Made by a program: the position numbers and the translations under genes. From contig OX597832.1 in assembly GCA_951406725.2 (NCBI GenBank), positions 18,042,001-18,106,000 on the forward strand: a stretch of 64,000 bases of DNA. Reading direction: 5' to 3'. Source of the stretch: Octopus vulgaris. Lineage: Eukaryota. Under the pieces are notes generated by a model that worked only from the letters and a program-made list of their open reading frames with translations, did not search any database and was not told the origin of the DNA. Shown in pieces: positions 12,456-27,720 of the stretch; positions within the stretch are counted from its first letter, which is position 1, and each line of letters starts with the position of its first letter.

Positions 12456-12493
12456 TATTATTATTATTATTATTATTGTTGTTGTTGTTGTTG

Positions 12494-12527
<34 letters not shown>

Positions 12528-12827
12528 GGTTAGTTCTTTCGTTATTAATCATTATCTCTGCCCATAATCATATGCACCTTCGAAAGTGTAGCCTTCTGCT
12601 TATGAGGAAAACCATATTACTGTTGTTGTTGTTGTTGTTGCTGCTGTTGCAGTGGTGGATATTATTATTATTATTATTAGTGTTATTATTATTATTATTA
12701 TTACTATTTTTGTTATTATTATTATTATTATTTTTATTATTATTATTTTTATTATTATTATCACTATTATTATTATTTTTATTATTTTTATTATTATTAT
12801 TTATTATTATTATTATTATTATTGTTA

Positions 12828-12877
<50 letters not shown>

Positions 12878-12881
12878 GTTA

Positions 12882-12937
<56 letters not shown>

Positions 12938-12960
12938 GTTATTATTATTGTTATTATTAT
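12350..12960. repeat. (TTC)n/(TTA)n/(TTG)n microsatellite block
   Basis: Direct inspection. Confidence 0.95.
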
Positions 12961-13232
12961 CTGCTGTTGGTTATTGATATTCCTTTTTCTCCTTCTCTCT
13001 TCTCTTCTCGTTCCCTTTCTTCACTTAATTTTCTTACAGTTATTTGTATCATTCCTGTATTATTGTTTTTAATACGATTATTATTGGCGACGTATACATG
13101 TGCGCACGTGTGTACAATCGTGCGCATTTATATGTATGTGCGCCCCAACTTGCCCTCGTGTGCGAATGTACAAATGAAAATACGTATGCTTATGTGCGTA
13201 TATGTGTGTGTATATATACATATATATATGTA

Positions 13233-13270
<38 letters not shown>

Positions 13271-14074
13271 GATGTAGGTACGTACATATATGTTTGTATG
13301 TATGCATATCTTTTATTTATTACACTATATATATATATATGCATATATAAAATTGTCCTCTATGTGTTTGAGTATGTGTATATAATTACGTTTGTATCAG
13401 TGTACGTATGTCTGCTTTACTGTATATAATTACGTACCAGTTTGAGTATACGTGCATGATTATGTGTGTATGTATATGTGCACGCCAATAAATCTGAGCA
13501 ATCGGGAGCAATATCTGCCCGCACAATTTGGTTGTATTTCGAGGTTATTTTATTTATTTATTTATTTATTTATTTAAATATTAATTTATTTATTTATTTG
13601 ATTATTTATTTATTTATGTTTTCCTGATGTCTTTTGAGCGGCGACTCTGCGTACGTAATTGTGTGCGCATATGCGTGTTTGCGTGCATTGCCTGTGTATT
13701 TCTCTCTGTGTGCTTATGTGTGTCGTCGTATCTGTCCATCTGATTAATGATGTCTCCCAACAGCGTTGAGGAGAAATGAATGAGTGACGGGTTCGCGACA
13801 GGGTTGGAGCAGCTAATCAAATTAGTGTTATTGTTGATGTCCTTCTTGTAGCTGTTGCTGCTCGTATTGTTGTTGTTGTTCTTGTTGTTGTTAATATATT
13901 TGTTGGTCTTGCTGTTTTTTGTCCTTTTTTATTTTAGGTTGTTGTTCTTTTCTCCTTCTATTGTTTGCCGCACGCACCATTTTTACATCGATATTTTGGA
14001 TATTTTGTGACTTTTTAAATGTTATTCAACATCACCATGATGATCATCATCATCATGTACTGTCGTAATAAAAA

Positions 14075-14212
14075 CGATGATGATGATGATGATGATTATG
14101 ATGACGATGACAACAACCATAATGATGATGATAATGACGACGACGGTGAGGAGGAATTATAGTGATGATGATGACGATGATGATTATGATGATCATGATA
14201 ATGATAATAATG

Positions 14213-14282
<70 letters not shown>

Positions 14283-14497
14283 TATTAATAATAATGATAA
14301 TAGTAATGATGATGATGATGATGATGATGAGAATAATGATGATGATGATAATATTAATGATGATGATGATGATGATGATGAAGATGATAATGATGATGAT
14401 AATGATAATAATAAGGATGATGATGATGACGATGATGATGATGATGATGATGAAGATGAAGATGTTGAAGATGATGATGATGATGATAATAATAATT
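14075..14497. repeat. (GAT)n/(AAT)n microsatellite block
   Basis: Direct inspection. Confidence 0.95.
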
Positions 14498-15211
14498 ACA
14501 GTCACACCCATCGCTTCAATCACCACCTATAAACCACTACAAATTCTACTGTCATCAATCGTTTGGTGGTACTCGTCATCAGTGTCGTTAATATCATCGT
14601 AATCCACCACAACATCACCATCACCACCACTGATATCATCATCCTGCTGCTCCTCCTCCTCCTTGATTGCATTGCTTTCTTCGCATTCGTCGCTGTTCAT
14701 GTGGTCATCATATTCACTTACCTAGTCGTTGTCTTCATCTTGTTTATCGCCATCGTGTTCGTCGGGAAATTATAATCGACACCAACAGCAATGTTAGAAG
14801 CTGTAGTAATACAGCCGTCATCATCTTTGTTGTCATCACCTTCTTTATTAACATCATGACTTTGAGGTTTTATTTGTCGCAATCACCTTCATCAATGATG
14901 CTCTCAATGACTTATATTTCATGTTCACAATGATCAGCATCTCTCACCCTTCTGCCGTTGTTTCATTCGACGCTCCAAATTTTCTTTCTTCTCTTCATTG
15001 TTTTTAGGTTCCCTGCCACGTCTCCTTCATCATCATCATCATCAACTGTGAGAGCATACACTGATGTGCGATATGTTGTAAAGGAATGAATAAATACTGG
15101 GTCACATTTTGTCCGAAGCACGTTACAGCTTATACACATAAACATACACGGCCACACATACACACACGCCCACATATGTTCAAACGCACGCACTCACCCG
15201 CACACATACAT

Positions 15212-15278
<67 letters not shown>

Positions 15279-15287
15279 GAAAACATA

Positions 15288-16141
15288 CAGAGTGAAATGG
15301 GTAAATTGTCGCCGTTGCATACTTTTAATTTCACGCTTGCGCTTAGTTTGTTTTTGATATTGTGGACTACTCAGTATGGGAGGTTTAGTTGGGTTCTGTC
15401 TGTGAGAAAGAGAGCACCCTGACGCAATAAACTGTGCCAGAAATTTGGAAACAACTTATTGTACTGCGCCGGAAGCTCCAATACGAATATTTTAGAGTGT
15501 CAGGGTGCTAATCTAAGGACAGAGCAATCTACAGACATCTTTCGAGAGTGATAAAAATCAAAATCCATCACTAGTGATGGCGATGTTATGCATCCATTCA
15601 TCTTCACTCAAGGGCTCAGACTCAGTACGGAGGCCTACATCAAGTGTCTTCAGAAATTACTGCTGCTCTGGTCAAGAGGGTGGCTGCTGGAAGACCCTAT
15701 GTCTGGCAGCAAGAATTTGCAATATGCCACGCAGGCAGGAGAACCCGGTCATGGTTGTCAGAAAATGTCTGCTTCAACATCACCCATAAAATCTGGTCAC
15801 CTAACTCCCCAGACTGCAACCCTCTTGTTTACTATTTCTGGACAGCAGTTGAGAAACAGACAAACAAATCTCCTTATAATACCAAAGATGAACTGAAGGC
15901 AAGGAGTATGGCAGCATTGACCGAATTAAACAAAAAGACCATACGGAAGAGTTGCAGGAGATTCCGAAGTCGTCTGGAGGGCGTGGTTGAAGCCAAATTG
16001 CGATTTTATTGAATAAACATACTCTTTTAGAATTTCAAGATATTTTTATGTAATTTTGTTAAATACACAATTTAAAATGAGATATCAATGTTATTTTCAC
16101 TGTTGCGTATTTTACGAGGACAGTTTATTAACTGCACCCTT
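15288..16141 (+). mobile_element. Internally deleted DD37D (maT-type) Tc1/mariner transposon
   Basis: ORF 15644..16012 has YVWQQE...IWSPNSPDCNPLVYYFW...RFRSRLEGVVEA, with 37 residues between the second and third catalytic positions (both mutated). Degenerate TIRs TA|cagagtgaaatgggtaaattgtcgccgt and acgaggacagtttattaactgcaccctt|TA. Confidence 0.8.
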
Positions 16142-16148
16142 TATATAT

Positions 16149-16364
16149 ACTCTCTTTTTACTCTTTTACTTGTTTCAGTCATTTGACTGCGGCCATGCTG
16201 GAGCACCGCCTTTAGTCGAGCAACTCGACCCCGAGACTTATTCTTTTTGTAAGCCCAGTACTTATTCTATCGGTCTCTTTTTGCCGAACCGCTAAGTGAC
16301 GGCGACGTAAACACACCAGCATCGGTTGTCAAGCAAGGCTAGGGGGACAAACACAGACACACAA

Positions 16365-16405
<41 letters not shown>

Positions 16406-16559
16406 CGACAGGCTTCTTTCAGTTTCCGTCTACCAAATCTACTCACAAGGCATTGGTCGGCCCGGGCTATAGTAGAAGACACTTGCCCAAGATGCCACGC
16501 AGTGGGACTGAACCCGGAACCATGTGGTTGGTTAGCAAGCTACTTACCACACAGCCACT

Positions 16560-16562
<3 letters not shown>
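16149..16562 (-). mobile_element. SINE family A (tRNA-derived head, internal CA/TA microsatellite), full length
   Basis: Minus-strand head ggagtggctgtgtggtaagtagc...ccgggttcagtccc (A/B-box-like), CORE-like ggcatcttgggcaagtgtctt, tail gactgaaacaagtaaaagag. More than 10 related copies in the window. Confidence 0.9.
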
Positions 16563-16633
<71 letters not shown>

Positions 16634-16634
<1 letters not shown>

Positions 16635-16702
16635 ATGCCACGCAGTGGGACTGAACCCGGAACCATGTGGTTGGTTAGCAAGCTACTTACCACACAGCCA
16701 CT

Positions 16703-16705
<3 letters not shown>
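16634..16705 (-). mobile_element. Exact duplicate of the SINE A head
   Basis: 72 bp identical to 16491-16562. Confidence 0.9.
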
Positions 16706-16759
<54 letters not shown>

Positions 16760-16791
16760 ATACATGTATATACATATATATATATATATGT

Positions 16792-16839
<48 letters not shown>

Positions 16840-17221
16840 TTGTTGGTTAATATTTGTGTCTGTGTTTTAATAGTTTCTGCACTGTTTGCTTCTTTTTCTA
16901 TTTCCTTCAGAATGATTTTGTGAAGCATGGGTCAAATGTGACATGACACGCTAAATAATGCAATTTCAATAATTTGTATTCATACATAGAAAATTAAATA
17001 AATTCTACAACAATAGGTACAAACGTGTGCGCACATACATACACACACATACATTCGCACACGCATACATACATGAGCAGACATGGAGATACGCTTATTT
17101 CTTTCTAAATTAAATGATGGAAAGGAGGGCAGACGGACAGTCTGACATGCACACTTATATAAAGACGAATACGAATTCATACAGCTTCTCCCTTCCTCTC
17201 ACTGTATGTGTTTGTTGTGTG

Positions 17222-17271
<50 letters not shown>

Positions 17272-17306
17272 AATGTATATTTATATACACACATGCACCT
17301 GCACAC

Positions 17307-17353
<47 letters not shown>

Positions 17354-17424
17354 TACATTCATGCATATACACATACCAGACTTTTACACACAGAGCTATA
17401 CACAGACACATACACATATCTGGT

Positions 17425-17745
17425 GAAGTTCTGTAGCTTAATGTTTAAAGTATTTGGCTCACAACTCTAAGGTCAGGAGTTCAAATCTTGTGTCCTTCAG
17501 CAAAGCATTCTCTTTTCACGGTGCTGCATTCCACTCACCTCGCAAATATGAATTATATCTGTATTTTCAATGACCCAGCCTTGTTATATTCGCTGTATCA
17601 GGTTGAGTCTCCCTAGCGACAACTTTAATTATGCACATGTCTGGATTGGTCAAGCACTAACACGTTAATATCTCGAGCAGGTTTTTTCCTTGATCGAATC
17701 ACCGAAAACCTTCATCGTCATAATCCACGGAGTTTCGCCCCAGCA
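17425..17745 (+). mobile_element. SINE family C, degenerate
   Basis: gtagcttaatgtttaaagtatttggctcacaac...gagttcaaatc ttgtgtccttcagcaaag...cacgttaatatctcgagcagg, similar to the reverse complement of 61270-61586. Confidence 0.7.
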
Positions 17746-17773
17746 AGCCATCACATGTATTTATATATACATT

Positions 17774-18178
17774 AGGAGCAAGCATGGCTGTGTGCTAAGA
17801 ACCTTACTTTCCAACCACATGGTCCCGGGTTCAGTTCCACTGTGTGTCATCTTGGACAAGTTTCTTCTACAGTAGCCTCGGGCTGGTCAAAGCCTTGTGA
17901 GTAGCTTTGGTTGGCGGAAACTGAAAGAAGCCTGTCATGTACACATATGTGTGTGTGAGTGCATGTGTGTGCGTGTGTGTATTTTTTGTTCCACCACTAT
18001 CGTTGGACAACCGATGTTAATGTGTTTAGGTCCCTGTAATTTAACGGTTCGGCAAAAGAGTAGGATAGAATAAGTACTAGGCTTACAAAGAATAAGTCAC
18101 GGGCCCGATTTGTTCGATTATATGCAGTGCTCCAGCATGACTGCAGTCATATGATTGAAACAATTAAAAGAACAAGAT
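17774..18178 (+). mobile_element. SINE family A, diverged full-length copy
   Basis: Colinear with the reverse complement of 16149-16562. Confidence 0.85.
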
Positions 18179-18991
18179 GACATACATCATAATTACACTT
18201 ACGCACGCAGATGTACACACAAATGTCACGTACTGGGACATGCAAAAACATACTCACGCAAACATCTCCCAAACCTTTCTATATATTTTTTTATGATTTA
18301 TGCATTAAAACACACACAAAAAAAGTACACAAAAATATACATTTTACACACATTATATTTTTCATATCCCTCACTTTGGCTATTTTCTTCTCCATTCCTA
18401 TTCCTTAATTTAGTTTTCGGCCAATATTCTTCAATTCAGATAATCCATTTTATTTCTCTTTAATCCAATTTACTCATCTATTTAAATCACAGAACAGCGC
18501 ATAACGCACCCATCTTTCTTTCATCGCATCTCCATTTATAATTCTGCCATTTCCACATTCTGCTGCAGTTTCACAACATCTCATTTCGTTTCAGTTTTCA
18601 TTTCTTTTACTCTTTTTCTCATTTCCCTATTTTTTTAACTTTTACTTGTTTGCTTTTTCTAACCTAATATTTTCTCTTTTATTTATTTTGTTCATCCTTG
18701 TTTTAATTTATTTCTCGCATCAGGTCTTTCGCTCCCCACGGTCTGACTTCCCTTCTTCATTCCTTTGTTCCTTTATATTTACTAATACTTTTCCATTGTT
18801 ACGTAAAGGCACCAATTATATACTAATTATAACATTTCTTGTGATTTACGTCTGTTTTTGTATATAAATTCATATATGTTAATTATATTAGACGCATATT
18901 CATAATTTCAACATCAACAGCAGTAGCATTATCAAAAAAATCATAATTGCCATCATCCTCAGTGACATCATAGCCGTCGTCATCATCATCG

Positions 18992-19084
<93 letters not shown>

Positions 19085-19270
19085 GTTTTCTACACACGGC
19101 TACGGTCTAATATTGTCACCCTTAACACCACTGTCACCACCACCACCACCAATATCACTACACCACCAACACCACCACCACCATCACTACAACCACCACT
19201 ACGAATACTACTACTACTGCCGCTGATAATGCTACGGCTACAACTGGTGGTGGTGGCTGTAGTAGTAGAA

Positions 19271-19345
<75 letters not shown>

Positions 19346-19482
19346 GTAGTAGTAGTAGTAGTAGTACTTCACAGTTTTCCATGTTTCACCGTTCCTAGTG
19401 GCGCAGATGTCCAGAATACTTTTAAAGAAAATTTTGGTAGCCATTCACTGAACAATTTTCGATTCCAGAGACTTAACCTTTT

Positions 19483-20210
19483 ATCCTTTTGAGATTCACA
19501 AATTAAGTACCAGTTGCGTACTGGGGTCGATCTAATCGACAGAACCCCTCCCCCAAAATTTAAGGTCTTGCGCCTAGAGTAGAAGAGAATTAAGGTGGTA
19601 AACTGACAGAAACGTTAGCACACCGGGCGAAATGCTTAGCGGTATTTCGTCTGCTGCAACATTCTGAGTTCAAATTCTGCCGAGGTTGACTTTGCCTTTC
19701 ATGCTTTCGGGATCGATAAATTAAGTACCAGTTACGAACTGGGGTCGATGTAATCGACTTAATCCGATTGTCTGTCCTTGTTTGTCCTCTCTGTGTTTAG
19801 CCCCTTGTGGGTAGTAAAGGCATATCTATTTCTTCTGCCGCTACGTTCTGAGTTCAAATTCCGCCGAGGTTGATTTTTGCCTTTCATCGTTTTGGGGTCG
19901 ATAAATTAAGTACCAGTTACGCACTGGGGTCAATGTAATCGACTAACCCGTTTATCTGTCCTTGTTTGTTCACTCTATGTTTAGCCCCTCGTGGGCAATA
20001 AAGAAATCAGAAACATTAGCACGCCGGGCGAAATGCTTAGCTGTACTTCGTCTGCCTTTACGTCCTGAGTTCAAATTCTACCGAGGCCAACTTTGCCTTT
20101 CATCCTTTCGGGGTAGGTAAATTAAGTACCAGTTCCGTTTCTGGGATCCATCTAATCGAATGACCCCCTCCCCGAAAATTTCGGGCCTTGTGCCTAAAGT
20201 AGAAAAGAAT
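19483..20210 (+). mobile_element. Compound tandem array of SINE family B units with two tail types
   Basis: Four occurrences of aaattaagtaccagtt...gg(g/a)tc; heads at ~19592 and ~20008. Confidence 0.85.
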
Positions 20211-21029
20211 ATGTATCTACTCTGCAAACACGCCGACTTCCAACGAACTCAGAGAAACGAAAATTACAAATCACAAAAACAGAAAGAGTGATATGATATT
20301 ATAAGAGATTGAGAGAGAAAGTGACAGAGATATAGAGGGTGAGGGGGAGAGAAGGCGCTTGAAAGAGAGAGTCAATACGAGAGCAAGTGAGAAGGTGAGT
20401 AATTTATCAATAATGCTTTGTTGTGTGCATTTAATGTATTCTTTAGCGCTCCTAATTACATCCTTAAAATTCTAATGGTAGTTATCATTGCCGTCATTAT
20501 TCTTAGCGGAGAGCGGGGTGGACTGGAAACCAGGCATAGGCGTTGACTGAAAATTCCTTGTGGTATTTAATTAGCCCCGTCTGTGTTGCTAGTTCGAATC
20601 CTTCTAAGGTCGACTTCAATATTTATTTCTTTATTTTCTTTTAATATCAGTGTCACTGATATCTGTACGCTCTCTAGTTCTCTCCGCTGATTTTATAAAC
20701 CATAATCTTCCACGGAAAGGTTAACCAATATTCTTCTAATCTTTTATTCCTGTACTGATTTCAGTCATTTTCCCGTGTCCATGCTGCGGCGCAATCTTCA
20801 AAGCTGAATATTTATATTGAAATTATACATCTCGAACTACAACATAAACACGGAGACAGACGTTGGCACAAACAAATTGATTGCCTGATGCTTATGTGAG
20901 TGATACTTTCTGGTAAAGTGTAACCATGAATAGAGGACGGACTCGATAGTGTGACGAAGAAATACACAGACATGCAGGAAGTAAATAGACACCTCTAATT
21001 TTCAAAATCTTATATTTGATATTAATTGG

Positions 21030-21305
21030 TTAAAGGAGAGGTTTTCTTCTAGCTGCTCGTCCATAATACTTAAGCTTATGCAGATATTTAACACACGTTC
21101 TTGGACTAACTTCTAGATCTTTTTCAATGTCAGAAGCCTTCGAACGGAGTTGGTTTTCCACAATTCTCGTCAAACAGCGAAGATTCCTTTCGGAGGGACC
21201 AGGTAGACCGGGACGAGAATCTGTTGATTCTTTTCCGTGGCTCTTGAATTGGTGGTATATACTTCGAACTTTCGGCCTGCTTGCCTTCATCGGTCTGTGG
21301 TACAT
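21030..21305 (-). mobile_element. Tc1-like transposase N-terminal DNA-binding fragment
   Basis: RPG..SERNLRCLTRIVE...ASDIEKDLEVSPRTCVKYLHKLKYYGRAARRKPLL, the Tc1 HTH plus ARRKPLL motif. No catalytic domain follows. Confidence 0.75.
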
Positions 21306-21867
21306 GTGAGTTCATCTTTATTTCTTATCTCATATTCCAGCGACCAGATTTGATTGTTCTACTTTTTTCTTATTGCTGTTGGTATTATAATCTCACTGAA
21401 GAGTTTAAATAATCTGAACACTAAAACATCATTCAGCCTTCACAGAGTCAAATTTTATTTTCGCATGTTTCAAGGAGTTTCATTCTATGTGTGGTCATGA
21501 AGAGAGATACAGCTGTCTGGAAAGCCGCTTTTCTCTAACAGCAGGAAAGACATCTGAAATAAATAAATAACAAAACGTAGGGCGGAATAAACTATCTGAG
21601 CGAAATATCGTAGATACAACACCGGGAATTTGAAAAAAAAAAAAAAGAAACAAGGCAAAAAAACACATTTTAAAAAACCAAAAATATCAGGAGACTAGGA
21701 GACAAGAATTGAGAAATAGCTGGGAAATGTGTGAACGAGATGTTGCCAAGGACATGGGGGAAGGTATAGCAGAAATGTGGAGCAGCAATCGCCATATGAA
21801 GCAAAAACTAGATGTGATGATATTAACAACAACAATAATCATAAACAATAACAACGAAGACAACGGT

Positions 21868-21953
<86 letters not shown>

Positions 21954-21964
21954 TGATGACGATG

Positions 21965-22037
<73 letters not shown>

Positions 22038-22063
22038 TAATAATAATAATAACAATAATAAAA

Positions 22064-22101
<38 letters not shown>

Positions 22102-22144
22102 TAATAATAACAACAATAATAATAATATTAATAATAATAATAAT
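21868..22144. repeat. (AAT)n microsatellite
   Basis: Direct inspection. Confidence 0.97.
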
Positions 22145-22940
22145 ATACAAGAATATATGGTGATATAGAACCCACCTCTATATTGTAAGAAATAAAAATG
22201 GTGGCAAAACAAAGAAGAAAAAGCAGTGCTAAACGAATGATGTGGCATCTGAGGCGCGAAAAGCTAACCAATGTGTTAGTTACTTGACACTTTTTTCCCA
22301 TCCATATTTGCACCTCCGCCATTTTGTTATATTATTACTGGGAAAAAATTTTTTTTTATCTTTTTATGATGTGTGATTTTATGCACAACGTTCAGGGAAT
22401 CAATCTTTGCAAGAAAAGGGAAATAAAATAAAATAAAAATAAAAATAAAACAACATATTGTATTTAAAAATATGAAACAAATGAAACCCCTCACAAGAGA
22501 TCGTCAGCATCAAGCGCATATTATAACACCCGTCCAACACATATTCCATTAAATTTGCCGCCATTGGCAGCAATTCGAATCGCCTCCATGATTACTTGTT
22601 TTTCAATTCATCTTTTCTTTTCATTTCCTTTAATTTTTTTGTTTTATTTACTTATATCTATAGAATATGATCTAAATTTTTCATTTTTACGTCGTTTGAG
22701 ATATACATATATACAAGTGCTTAGATTCACATACGAACATAGTAACAAACACAAACATATATATGTATGTGCGTGCGTGTGTGTGTGCGTGTATAAGAGT
22801 GTGTGTGGGTATTTGTCATTTTTGATTTATTGTACGCATATCGTACGATTCCTTTTCATGTCTATATTTCGATTTTTCAGATTTAAGCCTCGATTTCATA
22901 GATGTATATGTAACTATGCACGGACATATCCATAAATACG

Positions 22941-22981
<41 letters not shown>

Positions 22982-23913
22982 ACATCATATGCACACATCA
23001 TACATACACACAGAAACACACAAACATGTATATGTATATGTATATATTAGTGTGTGTCTGCGTGCATGTATTTATAAATGTATATGTATGTCTATGTATG
23101 CCTATGTGTATATGTGTACTCATATCAATACACACAAACGCACACACACATATACATATACACGAATGTATATGATGTTCATATAACACTATACAAACAC
23201 ATACACACACATAAATACATTCACCACACGCACACACATTCATGTACACTAAGACAAGTCACAAACATATTCACATACATAAGTAGATAGATAGTGCGAG
23301 AAAAGGCGGTGAGAGAGAAAGATAGACAGGAAGAAAATTACATATACAGCGCGTGTGTATGAGTATTCATATATGTATATATTATTTCATTCATCACTCC
23401 GCTATATGCCTCTGCTCTATAATCACCGCCATATTCTCCATTTCATATTTCGCAAATTTTTATGTGATTATTTTGTATTTTTTCCAATCTTCCTTTTTAT
23501 TGTTTTTCACTATTTTCCCTATTATTTTTAAATACGATTTTTTAATACATTTTATACTTCTATTTCTCTTTTTTCTTTCTTTTAATTTTGGTCACACTTA
23601 ATGCATATTCCTTTGTTGTTTTTTGTTGTCTTCATCATTTCTGTTATTATTGATGTTTTCCTTTTTCGTTTTCATTTTGATCGCTGTTGTTTTATGTATA
23701 TATTGCTTGATTGTCGTTGCTGTTCTTGCTGCTGCTGCTGCTGCTGCTGCTGCTGATCATGGTGTTGTTGCTGTTTCAGTCCTTGATTTTTATTTATATT
23801 TTTCTTTTGTTGGTGGTGTTGTTGCTGTTTATATCGCTGTCATCGTAATTATTGTTTTATTCTTTGTTCTTTTGGATATTTTCGTCCTTTTATGATCATT
23901 ATTATTGCCATTA

Positions 23914-23984
<71 letters not shown>

Positions 23985-24444
23985 TGCTGTGATGTTTGTT
24001 TCTTCCATGTTTATTGCTACAACAAAAGCGCCTTCGCAACCACCATCCTCATTATCTTACGTTCCTTCGCAGGCCAATTTTGTCCCCTGCGCCAAACCAA
24101 TCCTGCGGCTTCTCATAATCCTCCTCCACTTACCTTCTATGTTTTCTCTTTATCACCATAATCAAGTCTTTTTTTCTTCCTCTCTCTATATCTCTTCCTA
24201 GTAATCACCAAAAACCACAATTATCATCTACACGAGCATCGAATGCACTATCATTATCATGAGCACCAGCAATAGCTCTTTACTCCAGGTGCACCACAGA
24301 TGCATCAAACGTGCAACACCGCTCCATTACAGATGTATCGTAACTGTCACGAAAATATCATCTTCAACAACGCAAAGAAATATACGGTCATCATTTGCAT
24401 CGACCCATTTATCTAAGAGTACCGTCGGCCACACAATCATGTGG

Positions 24445-24730
24445 CAGTGAGTTAGATTACTGGATCAAATTGTGCCTTGTATTCTTCAGCAAAACATTTT
24501 ATTTCACATTTGCTCCAGTTCACTCTGCTGTAGAAATGACTTACGACATCACTGGTGCTAAGCTGTAGCGGCCTTCATCTTTCCCTTGGATAACATCAGT
24601 GGCATTGAAAGTGGGGCTGGCATGGATGGACGACTGCTGGCTTTCCATAAACAACCTTGCTCCGGACTTGTGCATCGGAGGGTATCATTCTAGGTGCAAC
24701 TCCATGGTCATCCAAGACCGAAGTCGGGTT
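24445..24730 (+). mobile_element. Old SINE with a family C-like core and a different tail
   Basis: ttgtattcttcagcaaaacattttatttcacatttgctccagttcactctgctg resembles the family C core. Confidence 0.5.
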
Positions 24731-24956
24731 ACTCGGTACTCTTTTACCAAATATAGCAGCGTCAAACGAATCAACAGCATCGCAACGAATATTTAACGAA
24801 CATTTGCACAAAACCAGTACACCTAGGTTATCTCCGCCATGACCATCACCATCGTAATTACTACTACTACTACTACTACTACTGCTACTACTACTGCTGC
24901 CGCTGCTGCTGCTACTACTACTACTACTACTACTGCTATTGCTGCTGCTGCTGCTG

Positions 24957-25056
<100 letters not shown>

Positions 25057-25202
25057 AACTACTACTACTACTACTACTTACATTGTCCGTAATACTATAA
25101 AATCTGCCTCATTCATCACCGGTTAACACCTTAACCACTGGAATTATAAGCACTCTTTTTCACCAGCGAATTTCTTATCAAATAAATCTCCACTTGTTTC
25201 TC

Positions 25203-25247
<45 letters not shown>

Positions 25248-25650
25248 TTGGCGACAGTAATCTTCATTATTAGCTTCATTATCATCTCACTCGTCCTCAG
25301 ACTCATCCTCACCGTCATGGTGACCATCATCTTCATCTCCCTCAACCCGTTCCTCTTCTTCCACCTCATGCTCATGTTCATCGCCATCATCATAGTCGCG
25401 GTCGTCGCCATGCTCACCATCATTGGCGTCTCGGTTCGTCGTAATTTTCTTGATGAATGACATGGTTGTCTTCTTAATGGGAATGGTATTATATCATAAA
25501 CTATTACACATCAACAATCTCTGTCTCATCTGACCGTTTCTTGATATCTACAGTGACACTCACACACACACGCGCACATATACATGCGCCTCCTCCTCAC
25601 ATACGCATACATAAATAAATTCATGCATACTTACATACATTCACACACAC

Positions 25651-26070
25651 ATCTTTTTCTTTTAACTTGTTTCTGTCATGTGACTGTGGCCATGCTGCAG
25701 CATCGCCTTTAGTCGAGCAAATCGACCCAATGACTTATTCTTAGTAAGCCTAGTCCTTATTATATCGGTCTCTTTTGCCGACCATTAAGCTACGGGGACA
25801 TAAACACACCAGCATCGGTTGTCTAGCGATGTTGGGTGGACAAACACAGACACACAAACATACACACGCGCGCACACACACACACTTATATATATATATA
25901 TAAGCATATATACGACGGGCTTCTTTCAGTTTCCGTCTACCAAATCCATTCACAAGATTTAGTCAGCCCAAGGATAAAGTAGAAATCACTTGCCCAAGGT
26001 GCCATGCAGTGGGACTGAACCCGAAACTATGTGGTTCGTGAGCAAGCTACTTACCCCACAGCTACTCCTA
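25651..26070 (-). mobile_element. SINE family A
   Basis: Colinear with 16149-16562. Confidence 0.88.
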
Positions 26071-27090
26071 TCCAGATATTATTTTATTAAACATCATTAA
26101 ATATGGATTTCATCTGTAGATAAGGTAACAGTAATTTGTGATCTTTATTCTAACGTCGCAATTTTTAGATTTGGCTTTTACAGGAAGAAAGAAAATTTTC
26201 ACAGTAATACTTCCAAGCGTTCAAAATGCTGACAACGAAATCCAGTGTGGTATAATGAAGAATTTAGCCTAAGCGTAGAATATTTGTTGATGAAGATATC
26301 CGAAAATTAAAAGAACATTTTCAAAATATATCACGAATATCAAGACAACCTTCAGACTAGGGTGTTTTAGATTAGTAAATACAGTTGTTGATATTTTAAA
26401 TGTTACATTAATTATTCCGAGAGGCCTACACAACCAAGATAACAGCTTGATGTCGAAACAGTAGTTTTCATGAATATATAGCTCACAACAAAGGGTTTTG
26501 ATATAGAATTCAGCACAAACCAGAGCAAATTTGTTCCTTTAACAATTAAAAAAGAAAGAAGCGACAGGTGTCATTTAAAATTCAAAGATCGATTCTTGGG
26601 TATGCGATTGCATCTGTACGTAGGATTATAAAACTCGTCTATCGTAGACGCTTTAAGTGAAGCTTTACAGATATTATTTCAAGGCAGCGGTTTAAACGAG
26701 GAGTCATGCAAAGAGGCTTCAAGCTTATTTCTTAAGTAACTTACATGTTGCACATACTCAGCCAATCATGAACAGAAAACAGGTTATATTTATATGCACA
26801 CACACGTGCACAGACACATGCATACATACACGCATATATACATATATATTCACAAATATATATATATTCAAACATATAAACATGGACATACATGCATTAA
26901 TACATACATATATATGTGTGAGATGCGTGTGAGTGCATGTGTTTATGTGTGTGTATATGCGTGGTGGGTGTATGTGTGTAGAAAACCAACTGGAAAGCTA
27001 TTTCCTGTGGTTAAAAGGTTGTAACATCGTCCTCCGCCGGACTGTCACCTTACGTTGGAAAAAAAAACTTTTGTATATATATATATGTTG

Positions 27091-27098
27091 ATAGATAA

Positions 27099-27182
<84 letters not shown>

Positions 27183-27197
27183 GTGGGTAGATAGATA
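27091..27197. repeat. (GATA)n microsatellite
   Basis: Direct inspection. Confidence 0.97.
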
Positions 27198-27720
27198 TAC
27201 ATTTATATATGTAGTTAATATTCAGATGAATAAGTCGATAGGCAGATGGATTGTTAGATTAAGAGATAAACACAGCGCAAATAAATACTTGTATGTTCAA
27301 ACAGATCGATTGGGCATTAAACCGAGAGAGAGAGTGAGAGAGAGAGAGAGAGAAAGAGAATGGGAGAGGAAGAGAAAAGAGAGAGAGAGGATAAATTTAT
27401 AAGGCTTTATCGCACATTATATATAAAAAGACAGGATCGGAGAAAATTGATTTTTGTATGACTCAAAGACATTTCAACATGCAGATTATTGGTTAAAGAT
27501 TTACGAAGATCGTTTGTTTATATGCGTGTATATATATGTATACGTATGAATTTATGTACGTATGTATCTACTTAACTATTTATCTATCTAAGTATGTATC
27601 AATTTATCTATGTCTCGCCCGAATATAAATTTATATAAATGTACATATATGCATCTCTTTGTATGGCGGACTGCGAATACATTTGCCTCTGCATCTCATC
27701 GTCTCTGTCCTTTAGTATTA

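Noticed and set aside
16160-16192. SINE A tail hairpin followed by GAAACAAGTA on the minus strand
   Set aside because: No upstream CUGANGA in the copies examined; more likely a LINE-recognition stem-loop.
21400-21580. Minus-strand acceptor-like tttatttcag|ATG at 21553
   Set aside because: Short ORF, no donor, and such motifs are frequent in T-rich DNA; it would need RNA-seq support.
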